Source of the DNA: Yuukianura sp. NJ FZ-2021
Lineage: Eukaryota
Assembly: GCA_046563655.1 (NCBI GenBank)
Contig: CM102290.1
Span: forward strand, 2,480,001-2,544,000
Reading direction: 5' to 3'
Length of the DNA stretch: 64,000 nucleotides
Both the position numbers and the translations under genes were made by a program. This document shows, one piece after another, positions 24,867 to 40,104 of the stretch. Each line of letters begins with the position of its first letter. The stretch's first letter is position 1. The notes below the pieces were generated by a model. It saw nothing but the letters and a program-made list of their open reading frames with translations, was not told where the DNA came from and did no database searches.

Positions 24867-27800
24867 CACCTGTCTACATACCTGTATATTATTAAAACTT
24901 TATGATGCATTTGATGGAACAGAAGTTCAAGAGGCAGGTGGAAGTGATCTGAACCAACACCTTAAAACATAAGGCCAATTATGGAAATCCATGTAATTTC
25001 AAAGTCAAAATTTCAAGGTGCTCATATGCCTTAAACATTGTTTTATGAGCACACTTATAACCACCAACTTTTCATTTCATTTCCAATTTCATGCTCATTG
25101 CAAATTTCAAAATTGAAATTTAATTTACTTTTGCAATTTACTTCTCTGAGTAGCTAAAATAAAACTGTGCACTTGCAGAAGCATCATGCTTAATTCGATG
25201 GCAGCAAAAAAAGTAATGACGAAAATTGTTAATGGTTAAATTAAATCCTAGCATTAAAATTGTCAAATTCTGGTTCATACTTCAAAAAGCCTTGAAATGT
25301 AACTTTTACCTTGTTAAGCACTTGATTGTTCAAACCAAACCTTTCGAGTAAACAAGTAAAGAGAAGAATGAACTTTTACTTTTTTTTTTCAGTTGTTACA
25401 TTTTCCACTTAATTGTTGCAATGCGTCCAAAACAAAACTTTGTGTTCAAAGGTTCCTAGGTTCTTGAAAATCATTCGTTTTCTAAAAAAAAAGTTCCAGT
25501 TGTGGTCCCTGTGGCGTCCCTTCCCCTAATCTTCATTGTTACTTTGTACAATTCCTTTATACTCTTTACAATTCTTTTGTTTGTTCTTTGCAAAAGGGTT
25601 CCTCTGTCCTTTGTTTTTCTTTTCATCAGAAGATGACTTTCAGACTCTCGAGCCCTTTGCGGAACGACGCAGCTCATCTCTTTGCTCCATTGTTGGAAAC
25701 TCATCTGGAAGAATAATGGGGGTTGAGGAGCAGCGTCTTAAGTTTTGTCGCCTTGGCTGCATGGAGCTACACTCTAATTAATCACCTCCAACAATTGGGA
25801 ATTAATCAAAGTGTAACGAGACAGGGAGAAGAGGGCCCTTCGGTAGGCTTAAGGCTCCCTGATCAAGGGACGACGGGGGTAGGCACTCCAGGGATTACAT
25901 GGAATTACATGTGTAGAATTTGATTGTTTGATCAGAGTCCTGCTGAGATTCTAATGGAAGACCATCACCTCCTTGGCTTCCCTTCGTCAAGATCTGCTTC
26001 AGCGGGGAAGGATGGCATTCCAGTGGCAAACAATGGGAGACAATGTCGCTTCTGGCTCTTCCAAAGTCATCGCCCAACACTTACACAACGTAACGTAACT
26101 GCTGAAGGTAACTATGTCGTGGACAAAGTAACCACCCCATGGTTACCCATTTGGAGCATTTTGGAAGATCAAGAACTTTTTGTCATCTTGAGACGAAGGA
26201 TCGAAGGCCTCCTGCTGACGAACCTCGTCTCCCAATTTCTGCTACTGTTCAGCTCCCTATTAGCCCTCGGTCACGACATGACACCTCTCCAAAAGCCAAC
26301 GCATTCCTTCGTCCATCATCCAAAGAAGCAGTACTGGGCAGACGAAGGGAAGAACTGGATGGCTCCAAGGAGTCATTGTGCCCAAGATGACAAGGAAAGA
26401 TGAACTCCCATTCATTTCCTCTCGTCCATTCTGCCTCTGCTGATCCACATCTTAAGATCTAGTAAGCTTCCAAAGCTCAAGTCTCAATTGATTCATGTGT
26501 TGAGAATTGAGAAAAAGCAACAGAACTGGTTTTCACTTTGACATCGTCCATCAGGCGTCCAAAGATTTGTAAGATTCAGATCAGTGACCATAATTTCAAG
26601 TCAGCGTGGGCCCAAGTCTGGGCGGTGAATGTCATGTTTCGCAGGAAAACTTTTGCAAATTGGATGTAATTTTTCACCTTCAATTTTTTGTCACCTCTGA
26701 AAAGTGAGATTGAAAATTTTTCCACAGATTAAAAACGTTGGTATTTGTAGCTACTTACTCCTGGTTAACAACTTCTGTTGACTTAGGTGTGAGCTTGTTT
26801 CTTCAAGGGCTCTTGAGGAACCCTTGAAGCTATTGTGCAGTCGGTTTTCAATTGTTAATTGGAAGGTGACAATGATGAGGTTGTGGTAGATGAATTATGA
26901 GACACTTTGTGAACCTCTGTGGAGGGCATGGGAAAGTTTCCACACCCAAGTCCTCATTACGCTTTTATTTCTAAATGACACAAATCATGCAAGGGAATAG
27001 AACCTGCCCGAAGTTAAACAGAGCCCTTCAACTTCAACCGCAGAATCCCCAGACTATTGTCATTTTCCTCACTTCATTCTCCACGCTTAATAGGAAAGAT
27101 CTCATGTCCAGAAGGGCTTCTTGGAACAACACTTCAAGGGATCCACTTTACCTTCACCAATTCCGTCCAAGTCGCATTAGGGAGTCAAATTCAATAGTTC
27201 ATCGCCCTCTAAATTATGTCAACGACACGCTCTTAGGTGTAAAGTGGTGAAAATTTTTAAATCAGTACATTTTGGCGGTGAAAATTTAGTTTCGTTAAAA
27301 TTTGCATCGCTGTAGCTAAAAGCGTCGTAATGTGACGTGAAGGTTTTTGGCTACAAAATCCACTCTAAAAATCTTTTTTAGTCTTTTTTTTTTAAAGAAT
27401 TCGAAAAAGCTGAATTCTGTCATTGAAAGCTTTTTATTTTATTTTTTATTTACTAAAACAGTAACGGTTTTCGTTTCAACTTTATTTAACCGGTTAACTT
27501 TAAATTCAGAATGAAAAGATCTTTTCATGTTAATTGAAATCACCACGTTGAAAACCAAACTACGATTGTATAACTTTCTGCTTAATAATTACGAAAAATT
27601 ATTTGAATTATTAGTTTAAAAAAATGGTTTTTGAAGTAGTGAAAAGTCCAAGGTCTCACGCAAGAGGTCATGATGACCTCAACTGAAGGGCTCTCTGGTT
27701 TTTGTTTGGATCCTCCTCTAGAAAATGGAGGGAGGGAGTTGATGACTTGAACTGCCCACCCACAGCATGAATAATTTCAAATCTAGCGGAATTAAGATGA

Positions 27801-28090
27801 TTGAGCCGTTGATCCTGATGGAGTTTGTACAATCACTTGGACTGTGGTGGATTCAGTTCCTTCTTCTTCAGCCTCCCATGATTTATTCTATGGACTTTTG
27901 TTCCATTTTACAAAGTGGTCACGTCAGACAGATCAAAATTAAGCGTAGCAGATTGAGCCTCTTCTTCAACGAAGCTCCTCCAACAAATCCACAGTGGAAC
28001 ATCAATTACGAAATCAAAGAAATCATTTCTCAAAACTTCGCTTTACAAAATTTACAAAAGTCCACTACTTCATCATCGCGGGCATTATAG

Positions 28091-28103
28091 GGGTCAATGA
28101 CCT
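28091..28103. promoter_or_regulatory. consensus IR1 nuclear-receptor (ecdysone-response-like) element
   Basis: GGGTCA-A-TGACCT matches RGGTCAnTGACCY; function is not shown by the sequence. Confidence 0.4.
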
Positions 28104-31100
28104 GCGCTGGCTGTTGACCGTGTCATCGGCGAACTTGTCATTATGTAGCCCGTATCTTCTCCTTTGACATGGGCGGACAACGCACATGACAGAGTAGAAA
28201 TCGTGCTACTTTTTCCAAATTTTAGTGTTCTCTTTTATTAATTTTTTTCTGTTGTAATTTGAAATCTAGTTTGAATGTTTTTTTTCTAGAGTGGACGCCC
28301 TGAAGGTTCGAATTGTCTAAAAATAGAAAAATCAATTTTGTAAAATTTTAATTTCCCAAATCAGGATGCTGTTTATTTTTGGGAATTGCTCTTTGCCAAT
28401 GTATTCTTTTGATGAAAAGCAAAAGGTGCTGCGGGGCCTTTTCATTTTTTTGGCAAGTCCCTTCCCTGTTCCTTGTTGAATGCGTTTCTTATGACAGGAG
28501 TCTTATTATTACTCGAAGGTATTACAAAGGAACAGGGGCATTGATCTCACCTGGCAGCAGCCATTTAATTTAATGAAAAATCTCACATCATCTTCACAAA
28601 CTCAAATTTTCCCTGGGAGGGCTTCATGCACCAAAAAAATTTTAATTTTTTGGCAAAAGTTTTTTTTTGTACGCAATTTCCCAAGCACAAAAGAAGAGTG
28701 ATCTTATTTCGTTTTTTTGAAAGTTGAAAAATAGCCGCAAAAAAAACTTTGTTATTGGTCATCTCAAAGTCCTTTAGGCTTTTGTGCAGATTATTCTTTA
28801 GGGGTGTGATTTTGGGACTAAAAAGAACTAATCCCGAGACTAACAGGAAAAAAGACTAAAGAAAACCGACGCTCTGCACATTGCATTCAAAAGCTCATTC
28901 ATGAGTGAGCACGGAAACTTAAACGCCGCCCCCTTCAACTTGTAAACTTCATGGAACTTCCAAACTTTTTGCATGAACACGATTTGGAAATAAAAATTTG
29001 AAATATTTCAAGTGGAGTTTGAATTTTATATTCTTTGTGGATCAAATTGATTTGAACACAAAGGAAAAGTGATCAGAAGAAGAATTTCAAAATGTTTGAC
29101 TAAAATCCTGACTCATGCTTACGTTTCGCCTTCAACATAAATAAAACGTTCAATTTCAAAGTCTTAAGAAAAGACTGCAATTTTCGTGTCCATTTACTCT
29201 CAATTTTGCACTTTTACCTTCTCAATGTTAGTAGACATAAAATTAGATCAAAATATTTACCATACTTAAAATTTCAGTTTGAAAAAAACTAAAAATTTTC
29301 GTTTCGCTAAAAAAAGACTAAACTTTTTCTGTTGCTGAATGTTTTGATAAGGCAACGTCGAATCAAGGAGCGATCTGAAAATTTGAAGTGCAAATGTCGT
29401 AATGAAAATTTTAAATTAAAAATTTGTGTGGTGTTTTGAGTATTTTGAAATTATGTTTTCAACAGACCAGGTTGATGATAGGTGGTAATTATTCATTGAA
29501 TTAATTGTGTTTAATCAACCATTGGGAATTAGGATAGACAAGAAAAGTGAAAGTTTAGATCAAACTTAATTTCTTTTTTGATTTCTTGCAATTGAAACTT
29601 TTAAAAGTGGATGGTTTCTTTCCAAAAAGATCAGATCTGACAGGCGCCGTGGACTTGTTGTCAGGTTGATGTTTGGTATGGCAGGATCAGAGAGTTGGTT
29701 AGGTTATGATTCGTGGTTCTTTAATCAATCGGATGAGGATCCGATGTTAGGTTAATTGTGGTCTTGGAGGACATGGACTGGATTTTGGGAGACATAATAG
29801 GCCTAGCTGAGGTTCCGCAGAGTCTGCACGCAAACTCTAAACACTCAAATCCATTTCCATCTAACCAAAACCTCTGCTGCTCCAATTGTTTTTTTTTTCA
29901 TAAATTAAATACGGTGGTTCCGAGGTGCCGATGAAGTTCAAGAGGCCTTGGAACGGCGGAACTGAAGGGCGAAGACACTGCTGCCACTTCTGTCGGCACT
30001 GGCTCAATGCTGGACAGGTAGTGACAGCACATCTGACCTCGTGTCTAGTCATTAGCACCCAAACATTAAGTAATGAAGGGCTATTAAGGGCTTCTCCCTT
30101 CACCAACCGACGAGGTAGGTCACGTTCGACCATCAATTTGGCCTACCAAGGGTCAAACAGAAACATCACGTTCAAATTACCTCATTGTTTCCTACATTAT
30201 CTGATTCAACCAAAAAATTTAGAAGAATGAAAATTTGTACGCAGTAAGTGCATCCCGTGAAATTTTCTATTTATTAAATTCTGATTTTTTTATTCTTATA
30301 ACGTCATTCGATTCATGAAAAAATAAAATTTGAAACATAATTCTGCTGAGAAGTGATTAAAGGTTAGTCCAAGGAAAACATCTTTTACAGCACAATTTCC
30401 ATTTTGATTCCAGGAAATATCAATACAGTGCACTGCACTGCAGTGGTGAATTTTCAAAACAAAATTATTGTGTTATTTATTACTTGTTTTTTTAGAAATT
30501 CGAATTTCAACGCGATCCGAGCGCGAACTTTCAGGCAAAAAAGTAAACAAAGGGGATGAAACCAAGTGCTAACAGTTTGTATCACAAGAGGACGCTCAGC
30601 TTCGCTCGTCCTTACTCCAACCAAAGGTAAAGTTATGTTTGAACAAGAACAACCAACCTTGTTTTAAAAAACTTTTCCCGACCCGATTCCTCATTGTCCA
30701 CTATTTAAAAAAAAAAAGAATTAATTTTCAATGTTCTTGTCTGCTCTGCTCAATCATATTTCGTTTTTTTTTATTAGCTTTTTTGGGAAAAAGATTTAGA
30801 AGTTATCAGGAATGTCATCCGAGCGTCATCAGGTCAAGAAAATTTGTATGCTTCACGTCAACTAAACTGCGTTAACTATTCAATGTCAAGGTCCCCGTAA
30901 CCAATAGTGATCTAACCAAATAGAAACGTGAGGTGTGGAAGGTAAGGATAATCACATTTGAACAAAGTTGCCTACATGCCTTTGTGTCCTAAAAGTGTTT
31001 TTGGATATTTGGAAGTCTCCACTTTGTTTTATGCATGAGGATACTTTTGGAAAGTGAAAGTGAAGGAAACTTTCAGTGCGATTAGAAATGGAACTGCTCC

Positions 31101-34100
31101 TTCCGTCGAACGGAACACAAAAGTCAGAAATAAAATATTCACTAGGGCTCTTCTACCTTCCAAAACCAAGGAACGGGTCCTACCTTAATCATATCCAAAT
31201 TCCCATGAAAGACAAAACAAGTTCATGAACTTTACCTTCAAATTCACACCTCAGCACGTAGCAACTCCAATTCTAACCAGGACTAAAAAAAAACAAACTT
31301 ATTTTACACTTCTTTTTTTTTCTCCAATACTCCAAGGAAATTTACTTATCCCGTACAAAACTGAATTTTTGTAAAAACTTTTTTTTTTCAAATGCTCAGA
31401 AATAATTTGAAGCTAATTCCTCATAAAAGTACAAATGGTTTTAATCTACCAAAACTCGAATGAAGCAGAATCACAATCAGTATATAAGCTTCATTAGTTC
31501 AAATTATAACCCGAGGATGTTTGAGAACGGAGAGGAGAAGAAAGTGAAAGTCGGATTCCTTAAATCAAATGTCTCCTTTTGTGAAATACAACTTTTCTTG
31601 CCCTCTGACCTCTGCCAGTGACATGGGCCACTTCTGATTAATTTTATGGCCTCAGCTACTCCACCCAACCACTTTGGAGGCCATTGTCATACAGGAGCAT
31701 TAATAAGGGCCGTTCGCAAGAGTAATGGAAAACAAAGGAGAGTAGGCACTTTTAAGGATCCCAGTAACTTAACAATAGACTAAAAGATGAGCATGACTTT
31801 CTTCCCAAAACGTACGGAGATCTTTGGATCGAAAAGTGAAGGGAACCATAATTTACAACACTTTTTGTTGTTCAACTAAACCGTAATTAATCTACTCACC
31901 ATTCACTAAAAGAGAAAAAAAATGCATAAAGTGTGAGATGTTTTTTTTAAAAAGATCAGTCATTGATTGGGACGTGCCGAAATCAATTCATTAAATTCGA
32001 AGCACTGTAATAAAATTGCATAGTTAAACATTTCTTAAAGCTTTGTTTAAAAAAGGAAGTTTTCTAGTACTTTTGAACACAATAGTATAAAATATTAATA
32101 CGCGGAATATAAAAACTGAGGAACGGTTGAACCTTGTGTGCGGTCGTTTCCGATTATTAAGTTTTGTGTTTCTTTGGTGAAAGTATAGAAAAAGGTAGTA
32201 AAGGGAAGGGAAAGTTAGTTTCTTTTCCCCATTCACATTATTAGAACAAGTTTCCATTTTCACTAAAGAAGAAGACGTTGTTCCCAGTTGGTGTCTGAAA
32301 AAAGGGAGCTTGAACAACCGAAGACGTGGAATTTTTCTAACTTCCCAATGGAATGCAGTTGGAGATGAAGAAAGTATCAAGTGAGAGGAAGAAGAGAGAA
32401 AACTTTGTTTTCCCCCTGTGCCTCAACCTAACTTAACCATTCGAGGATTCTCATTTACTCAACTTCTTCAAGTCCTAATTTAGCTGTCCACACTCTCACC
32501 AAGTCCAAAATGGAGGGCCCTCAATTACAACTTCACGCCCTCTCCACTACTCCGATAAACTTTCCACTCAAGGACCCCAAATTTCGCTATTTTTTTTAAA
32601 TCCCAAATAATAATTTCCATTCCAGATGAAAACAAGCCGTGACTCAACAAATGCTGAGCTATTTTTTAAACATTTTAGAAAATATTTTTTAATTAAATCA
32701 GAGTGCCGTAAAAACTGGAATTGAAAATGAATTGGATGAACGTGGCCCAGAACTAGAACAGGGGTGAAGTTTAGGATCTATACTGTCATGTTCTAGATTT
32801 ATGTGTTATGCTTCTAGTTTAGAGCGCATAAAAGAGGGTGCGTCGGATTTTGAGAATTTTGGAGGGAGTTGGAGCGGAAGAGAAGAAAACCGGAAACTTA
32901 ATTATACGATGAAAAGAATCAGAATTTGTGAAACAAATGGAGAGAGGAAGAAAGAACAAAAGGATGAACAAAATCCAAGGATTTTGTTCCAGGGCCTGAG
33001 TTTCTTTGGAGATTATCCAGGAAGGAAGGAAGAGGGCAGGGAAGCCTTTTCTAAACCAACGTCTTGGACATGGAAGATAAACAGGCCAAAAGCGCCAACT
33101 TTCAAAGAAATGAAAAACATCAGCAGCTGAACCAAGAATCCGTTAGGACTTTGGAGAAAACGGGGTCAAACTGGGTCAAACTCCATCAAAAAACGCAAAT
33201 TAGTTTCTCTTTCGTAAATTTTTTGTGGAGAATTTTAGGAATACAGGTTTGATACAGCGTCTTTTTAATAATTTCTAGAAAAAAGCGCTGAAATTCTAGA
33301 GTTTTGTGAGTTTCGAATGCACCCATAAAACCCATGGGTGTCCGAATGACCCTGTCCAGAACTTATTTTTTTCTGGAGACTATGGTGGTAGAAGTTTTGT
33401 GATTTTTATGACTTTGGTTTCGTTTGTTCCCAACCCATGAAATCAAAGCTCGAACTGATGGGCTCGTCAGCACCACTTGAGTCAAGATGACCTCTTGCAC
33501 AACTATCTTGTGTGACCAGAAGAATCAACAGACGAATCCACACGGTCCTTATGACTCTCCAAAAGCTTAGCGTCATGTCATGGACTCCAGACTTTTTTCT
33601 TTTGTTCCAAAACATGACCTCATCCTTGATCTCTCAATGCTCTTGGGCTTCAACTTTCATCATGTCGGATACTTCCTCGGAAGTCCTAAACCTAACTGCC
33701 CTCCGAAATATGTGTAGCACTGGACTTCCTGGACGTGAGGGAACGTCCTGTTGGGAAAGTTGAGTAGATGAAATAAAGTTGATCAGGACGAAGGAAGGCT
33801 GGATTCAGAACAAGGAAAGAACTGGGCCCAGAGGACTCCAACTTCTTCAACATCTCTCTTCATTTCTTTTCTTTCTGCAACGCCATTTCAAGCGGCAAGG
33901 AAATGCTTCTCTGGAGAATTTCAAACAAAATACTTGTACAAAAACTACAGTATTTTAGAGCATAAAAAGAAGGAAGTTTAAAAATGATCATCACTCTCAT
34001 CATGATCTGTTGGCCCAGGAAGCCAAAAGGAACGGAATGAATACTTTCTCTACGTAAAATTTCTCAAAAACCAAAAAGTTGTAATTTTGGGAAGAAATTG

Positions 34101-37100
34101 TTTTCAATTTTAGTTGGTGCGTTTTGGTCTTATTGGATTTCTGTTTAGCCCTCTCGTGTTGTCGCTTCAGTTTGTGTCAACTCGGAGAGTTTTGTTTTCA
34201 ATTGTATAGTTTTTCTCTTCCGAGTTGTTTATAGCTCATTTTGATTTTTATGTGAACATAAAAGTAGAGTTAATTTTTATAGGGCAAAAAGGAAGTAATT
34301 CCGTGCCATGTGCGTTCGACAGTTAAAGCTCTCCCCTTGCCCTGACTATTCTCTCTGGCTTTGTGGCATTTGTCAACCTACGGTTCTTTAGACAGGCTTC
34401 CATTAAATTCTTAACTTGGAGTTATGTCAATACTCAGAAAACCATTTCCTCCCTGCCACAGAAAGAAAGTTCGAAGCGATTCTAATTATTACGAGAACGT
34501 CGTCATATAAAACGTTCCAACTGACACTTGAGCGTGACCTCTTGGATTCGAATGACCAATACCAAAAGCACATAAGAACGCTATACCAAAATAACACATG
34601 TTACAATGAGAATTAGTTTTTAAAAAAATATCAGGAGAAACAAAATTTTATTGTATTTCGGCTGGACAAGAAACGGAAATTACTTAGGGTGACTAATCAT
34701 CGAAATACAAATTCACAAAAAAAAACTCTTCAAACCAGAAATCAACTATTCCAAAAATATATTCATCAGAAATAAAAATTAGTCATTTCCTTTAAGTTTG
34801 ATCGGTTTTCAAAGTTTTTTGTGCGTAAAAAATGTTTGAAATGAAAGTACTAGAAACCTTCAACTAAAACAAACAAATCAATGAAGAAGTTCTCCAATTC
34901 CGTTTTCCAACTGGAAAATTAGACAACGTAAAGGATCCATTCCAGTCGGCGGGAGAAATTTTCTAGTTCTTAGTTTTTAGAAGTGAACTTGGAAAAGTAA
35001 ACTTAAAAACTTTTCGTAAGTGTTCTAAATCCTAAAGGTGGAGGAATTAAGGAGAAAAATTAGGGAAAGTCAGAAACCCTGTAAATTACAAGGGACTTCT
35101 GCAACATAAGGAACAGCAAAGAAAGTTGGAGAAAGCAAAAAGCAGCCGTTTTTGGACAGAGTTTGGTTTTAAGTTGGTTCTACTCATAATGTCCCTGCGG
35201 TGGAGCCTAGTCGATTTCTTCTTTTCTAGTCAAATTTTAACTTCAAAAAACTGAAGTGGATTTTCCCCTTTCCAACTTGAAAAAAAAACTCTTGACGAAA
35301 TTGCCTAACCAAGTCATCCGATTTATTAGATTTCATTAATTACTTTCACCAAAAACCGTGTCAACATTTCCTTTTCTTTTTCAAACTTTTTTTTTAGTTT
35401 TCTTTCAGTTTTTTTTTAGATTTTCTGACGCAAACTTCTGGCTCTTTTCCAAACAGTTTCAACTTCTCCAGAAACCTTCAAGTGGATTTTCTACCACTTC
35501 AAATGGTTAGTGAATTGCAAGAAATTAAAAGTAGCATTTTTTCCTCTCCAAAACTACTCCGAATAAACAGTTTCCACTTTAACTTCTTCTGCAACTGAAA
35601 GTTTTTGTTGAAGTCGTCCACTTTCACCAATTATCGCTTTCACTTCCTCTAAAATTTGTACTAAAATTTTGATGCTGTCTATTTTGGAAGTCTAACATAC
35701 TGGGGAGTTTATTTGTTTATGTTGGAGTTTGTTTACCCAACTGTTTGCGTGGAGGTAGGAGATGATGAGATGACTGTCTTTAATTATTCTAATGGACTTA
35801 ATTTAGTTCAAGTGAGCATGAATTCCTCAATGACTTGCAATCTGGCCTTTCAGAAGTCTTCAATTTCAGTAATTGCAAATCGTAGCAGATTCATATGAGG
35901 AAGATGACTAAAGTGAGGGGCAGTTGTAGTGCTAAGAGACATCTCCTCCCTTGTCCATTAGTTGGAAACCCACTCCTGACTTTCTCTATCTCCCTATTTA
36001 CCTGGAGTGGCTTCTTCTGGAGCAGCCTTGAAAGAACTTGCATGTCCAGGAAGCATTAAGGATCCGATGGAAAGGAAAGACAATTAGGAAGAAGTGGGTT
36101 TAAGAACAGACGGAGGGAAAAGCATAACAGTTTGGCTCAAGCAGGGAAGAACAAGAATGAAGAGGTCATTCGATATTCAAAGAAGCTCTTACAAGCCAAA
36201 CGAAGGTCACTGCGTTTCAAGTCGGGCGTGGTATTTTGAAAAAAAAATCAACCCAAACTAAACATTACCAATGATCTAACAAAAAATTGAGTAAAGAAAC
36301 TGTACCAAAAAAAAACAAAATTAAATTTTAAAATTTGCTCAGTTAGATCTGGTTAGAATCCTGACCTAACCAGAATTGTAACTGAAAAGAATAAAAAAAA
36401 GCTGAAAATTTAAACGGGAGTTGAACCTAAAACTTTCACAATGATCCAAAGCTTTTTAGCCCAAGAAATGTGCGTTTTGTTTTCTTTTGAAAAGACTCCA
36501 GAGTTATTTGTTGTTTCATTAACAACTAAAAAATGTTAGGGTAGTTGAACTTTGCCGGGTCATTTGAAATTGGGCGGGTAGGGTTGTGGTTGTGGAAGAG
36601 TGATGGTTAGGGGGTAGGATTTATCCCCGAATGTGCATTTGGGGGGCATTGAGACATGACCCGGTTGGGTTGGAATAGGGCACATAAGTCTCCCTGTCCA
36701 AGTCCTCCTTGTCTTAAGTTCCGGAAGGACAGTGTACGTTCTGGATGAAATGAAATCCAAGTGGGGCTGAAGGGAAGGACCAGGTGAGTTAGAGCTGTAA
36801 GTTTCACATGGGCCAAAAAACAGCCCACTTACTTTCCCTCAAAAACCAACCACGCCTCACCTCCTCAGTGGAATTCAACTTCCCACTTTCACTTCCCATC
36901 CATCTCCAACCCCACTTTCTTCTCCTAAACATCCATTTCCCTAAACTTTTTTAAAAGTTGCAAGAATAATGTCTTTGGAACTCCAAAAAACAACTTCCAG
37001 CCTAGTTACTGTTAAACCGAGAGCCATTGCTTGCTTGAAGGAATAGCGTTGTCTACGGTTCAGAAAAATTGAAAGAAAAAAAAACTTTTCATTTGTGTTA

Positions 37101-40100
37101 ACGTTTACTTAAAATTAGGTTCGGCCTCTCCGTATTTTCTGACATTATGTTGGGGTAAGTTCTATCATAAGAGATCTGACTGTTAATAAATTTGTTAGTT
37201 AAGTCTATGTTAGCTTGTGCTGTGCGGGGTGTGTTTGTTCAGACTAACGATAAGTTAGTTAGGTTATGTCGTTTGGGATTTAAGGGCAGTTGGTGAAGTA
37301 GTTATTGAGAAAACAATAACAGTTGAAGATGAAGCTGATGAAAGGGTTTTTGCAGAGTGGAGGAGTGTATAGGAAGATGAAGATTAATAAATTCATGTTC
37401 CGTGCATACTATTTGCCAAGTGCTTTCCCTTTGTTCTTTCCTTTTGTCCTTGACTCCTAATGCAACTGAATAACCTATTCCCACCGTCATCCTGCATTTC
37501 TCCCCTGTTCAAAACCTCGTTGAAGATGCTTTTCCTGCCAAGTGGATTAGGTAAGCATCTTCCCCTCCTTGGACGTTGAGTCCTACCTACTATGACAAAG
37601 GCTTTCTTCCTTCCGTAGGAATCGAATATGCAGAAGAGCCCTTGGAACAATACTCGAGTCCACTTCCTTTGATACCAGAATTCTATCCACTTCCCTCCGT
37701 TTTTGGAAACGCACACAACCGGAGACTTGCTGCTTAAAATAACACAAGTGCTTTAGTGCACAAAGTTCCGAAACTGGTAAAAACAGTCGCCCGACAACAT
37801 CAAACCCTATTTTTAAAACTAAATGAAAAACTTAAACACTTGAGAGTTGCTGCGACTGCTGTCTCAAAGTCAAGAATTATTACTTCAATTTCAAATCCAA
37901 AGAGAGAAAAAATGAAAGTTTGAGAATTTTGTATGTTCTGTTTGTTAGACAGTGTAGTGTTAACTTTTTGGTTAGTTTGGTGAAGTGAATCGACAGAAGA
38001 AAAACGAGTTTAAAGTTTTGAAGTGTTTTTTTTCTTTCCGTTTTTGTTCAAATGGAAATTGAGTAGGTCTTTTTAGTAAAAGGACTTTGAAGATAAAGTG
38101 TGACAGTTGGGAAAGTTAGGCTGCCCATGGGGCAGACGTCACATAGAATAAACATTCGGTATTAAGTCTTAGACTTCTGCTGCTGCTCTGCCGAGGTGCC
38201 TACGCCCAGACAAGAAAAAAGTAACATGAACTTTGACCTCGGGTTGCTTCTTCTTTCCAGGGAAATCGGTTTGGCGGATTGAGCGCATGCGTCTGTTGCG
38301 TCTGTTGCTAAGGTCCATCAAGAAATCAAAATATTTACAAGATCAAACCAAAACTTCCGCTGTGTTAAAAAAATCTTTCAAAAACATTATTTTTGCGGGA
38401 GGAAGAAAAAATAGCCTTGGAGTTAAAGTAAACCTGTTTGGAAAACTCCGAACTATAAATTCCATTGCTAGTTAAACAAAATAAAAGTTTTTGAAATGAG
38501 TTTGAAATCAAACAAAATTCCAAATGGGTTGAAACCGAAATGGGTGAAATTGGTAACAATTTGATCCGTTTCTTTCTCTTTGATTTGCAAATCTGTTTTT
38601 TTTTTTTTGGAAAAATTTATATCAATTTTGTTTCTATGTGTTATTTTTGCCACTTCACACGCAATAAATTTTGAACAGAAATGACAAGTACAGTTCCTGT
38701 TCCAAGAAGTACTGTACTGAAATTCAGCATCACTGCTCCACTTTTTTATGCACGACTTAAGGTTTAATGGAGTAAGTCATTTGTTGTTGCCGGAAAAGTG
38801 TGAAAAAGAAAAGAAAACACTTTGTTCTGTAGGATTATTTTGAAGAAAATGCATGCACGAGGAGTGAGTGGATGTGATTGAGTCACTTTGTCACTGCAAG
38901 TTTCACAGTTGTTTCGTTCAGTGACAATTTCCATTTGGTGACAATGGGAACACGGAGCAGGAAGAAAAATGATTTCCTGTATTGGTTCTGAATGAGAGCT
39001 TTCCAGAACCAACGGAGTTTAGTAATAGTCCATATAACCAACAGTAAGTAAGTAAAACTACCATGTTGTTCCATTTCTCTAACATTTGGCCCATGGACCA
39101 ACGCTTTTCAGCGATACTTCCGTCTGGCCCTCGCCAGACAGCAAACGGGAAACAGCGATGACAAATCTTCCTTGTTTCTTTTGCCGCCCAAATAAACTTT
39201 CTTTGGTTTTTTCTCTCTTTGAAAGGCTGCTCCCTCCCCCTCTTTTCATCTTCTTACCTTAAAACCGTAAGATTTATTTGTTACGAAATCTCATTTGAGA
39301 TCTCCCTCCTTTTATTGTATTCCCTCCCATGCTTTCACCGGCCCAAAACGCCTGACCCTCTTCCCAACTTTGCGTTAGGTTTTCCTAACTTTCTTCAGAA
39401 GAAGACAGTGTAACGGCTCCCACTGGCTCCTCTGGAGCTTCAAATCCATTGAGCAAAGGAGGTTCCTACCCCACCCAAACCCACCACCAACCAAGATAAC
39501 ATCATCTCTGAAAGAAGAAAAATAAAGGCTGGAAATTACTTTTTGAAAATTGAATAAGGATTTATGCCTTTTCTTACCCGGGAGTTAGTGTAAAGAGGTC
39601 TACTGCCTCTGTAGTCCTACAGTAATGGTTCCTCCGATTTGTAACTATCCCAAAAGACACAAAAACCTATCCAGAGAAAAACGGTTTTGGTGACATTAGT
39701 ACTTTTTTTTCGGGTTCCAGTTTTGTGTGTGATGGGCAAGGGTAAAAGGCCCTGGAAGAAGAGACATGCTCATTGGAAGAGTCATAATGTTTAGATTTAC
39801 ATTATAGACAGAAGGAAAGAACCATTTCCCTGTCTTCTTCACTGCTGGATCCACATAAAATTGAAGAAATACTGCTCAACTAAGAGGGCTATCCACAACC
39901 CCCCAACTTTCTCTTTTCTTAGGCATTTCCCAGACAGTTTAGGTACATTTTGTTCTCCTTAAGCGCAACATTCTCATTCACAACCCACCTGAGCCCCCTC
40001 GAACCACTTTCTTATTGTTTTTCTGTTTTGTGGACCAGGGTTGGGCAAAACCTCGTATGGACACACGCCTCCTCCCGGGAATACCCGGGTAAATGTTTAG

Positions 40101-40104
40101 CGAA

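Noticed and set aside
25471..26448. Cluster of 60-160 aa ORFs with coding-like composition
   Set aside because: No recognisable domain, and I could not build a phase-consistent exon chain on either strand. It could still be a lncRNA or decayed element.
30571..30632. Possible non-coding first exon of CARP ending AAAG|GTAAAG
   Set aside because: Only a donor-like motif; nothing in the sequence links it to the 42247 acceptor.
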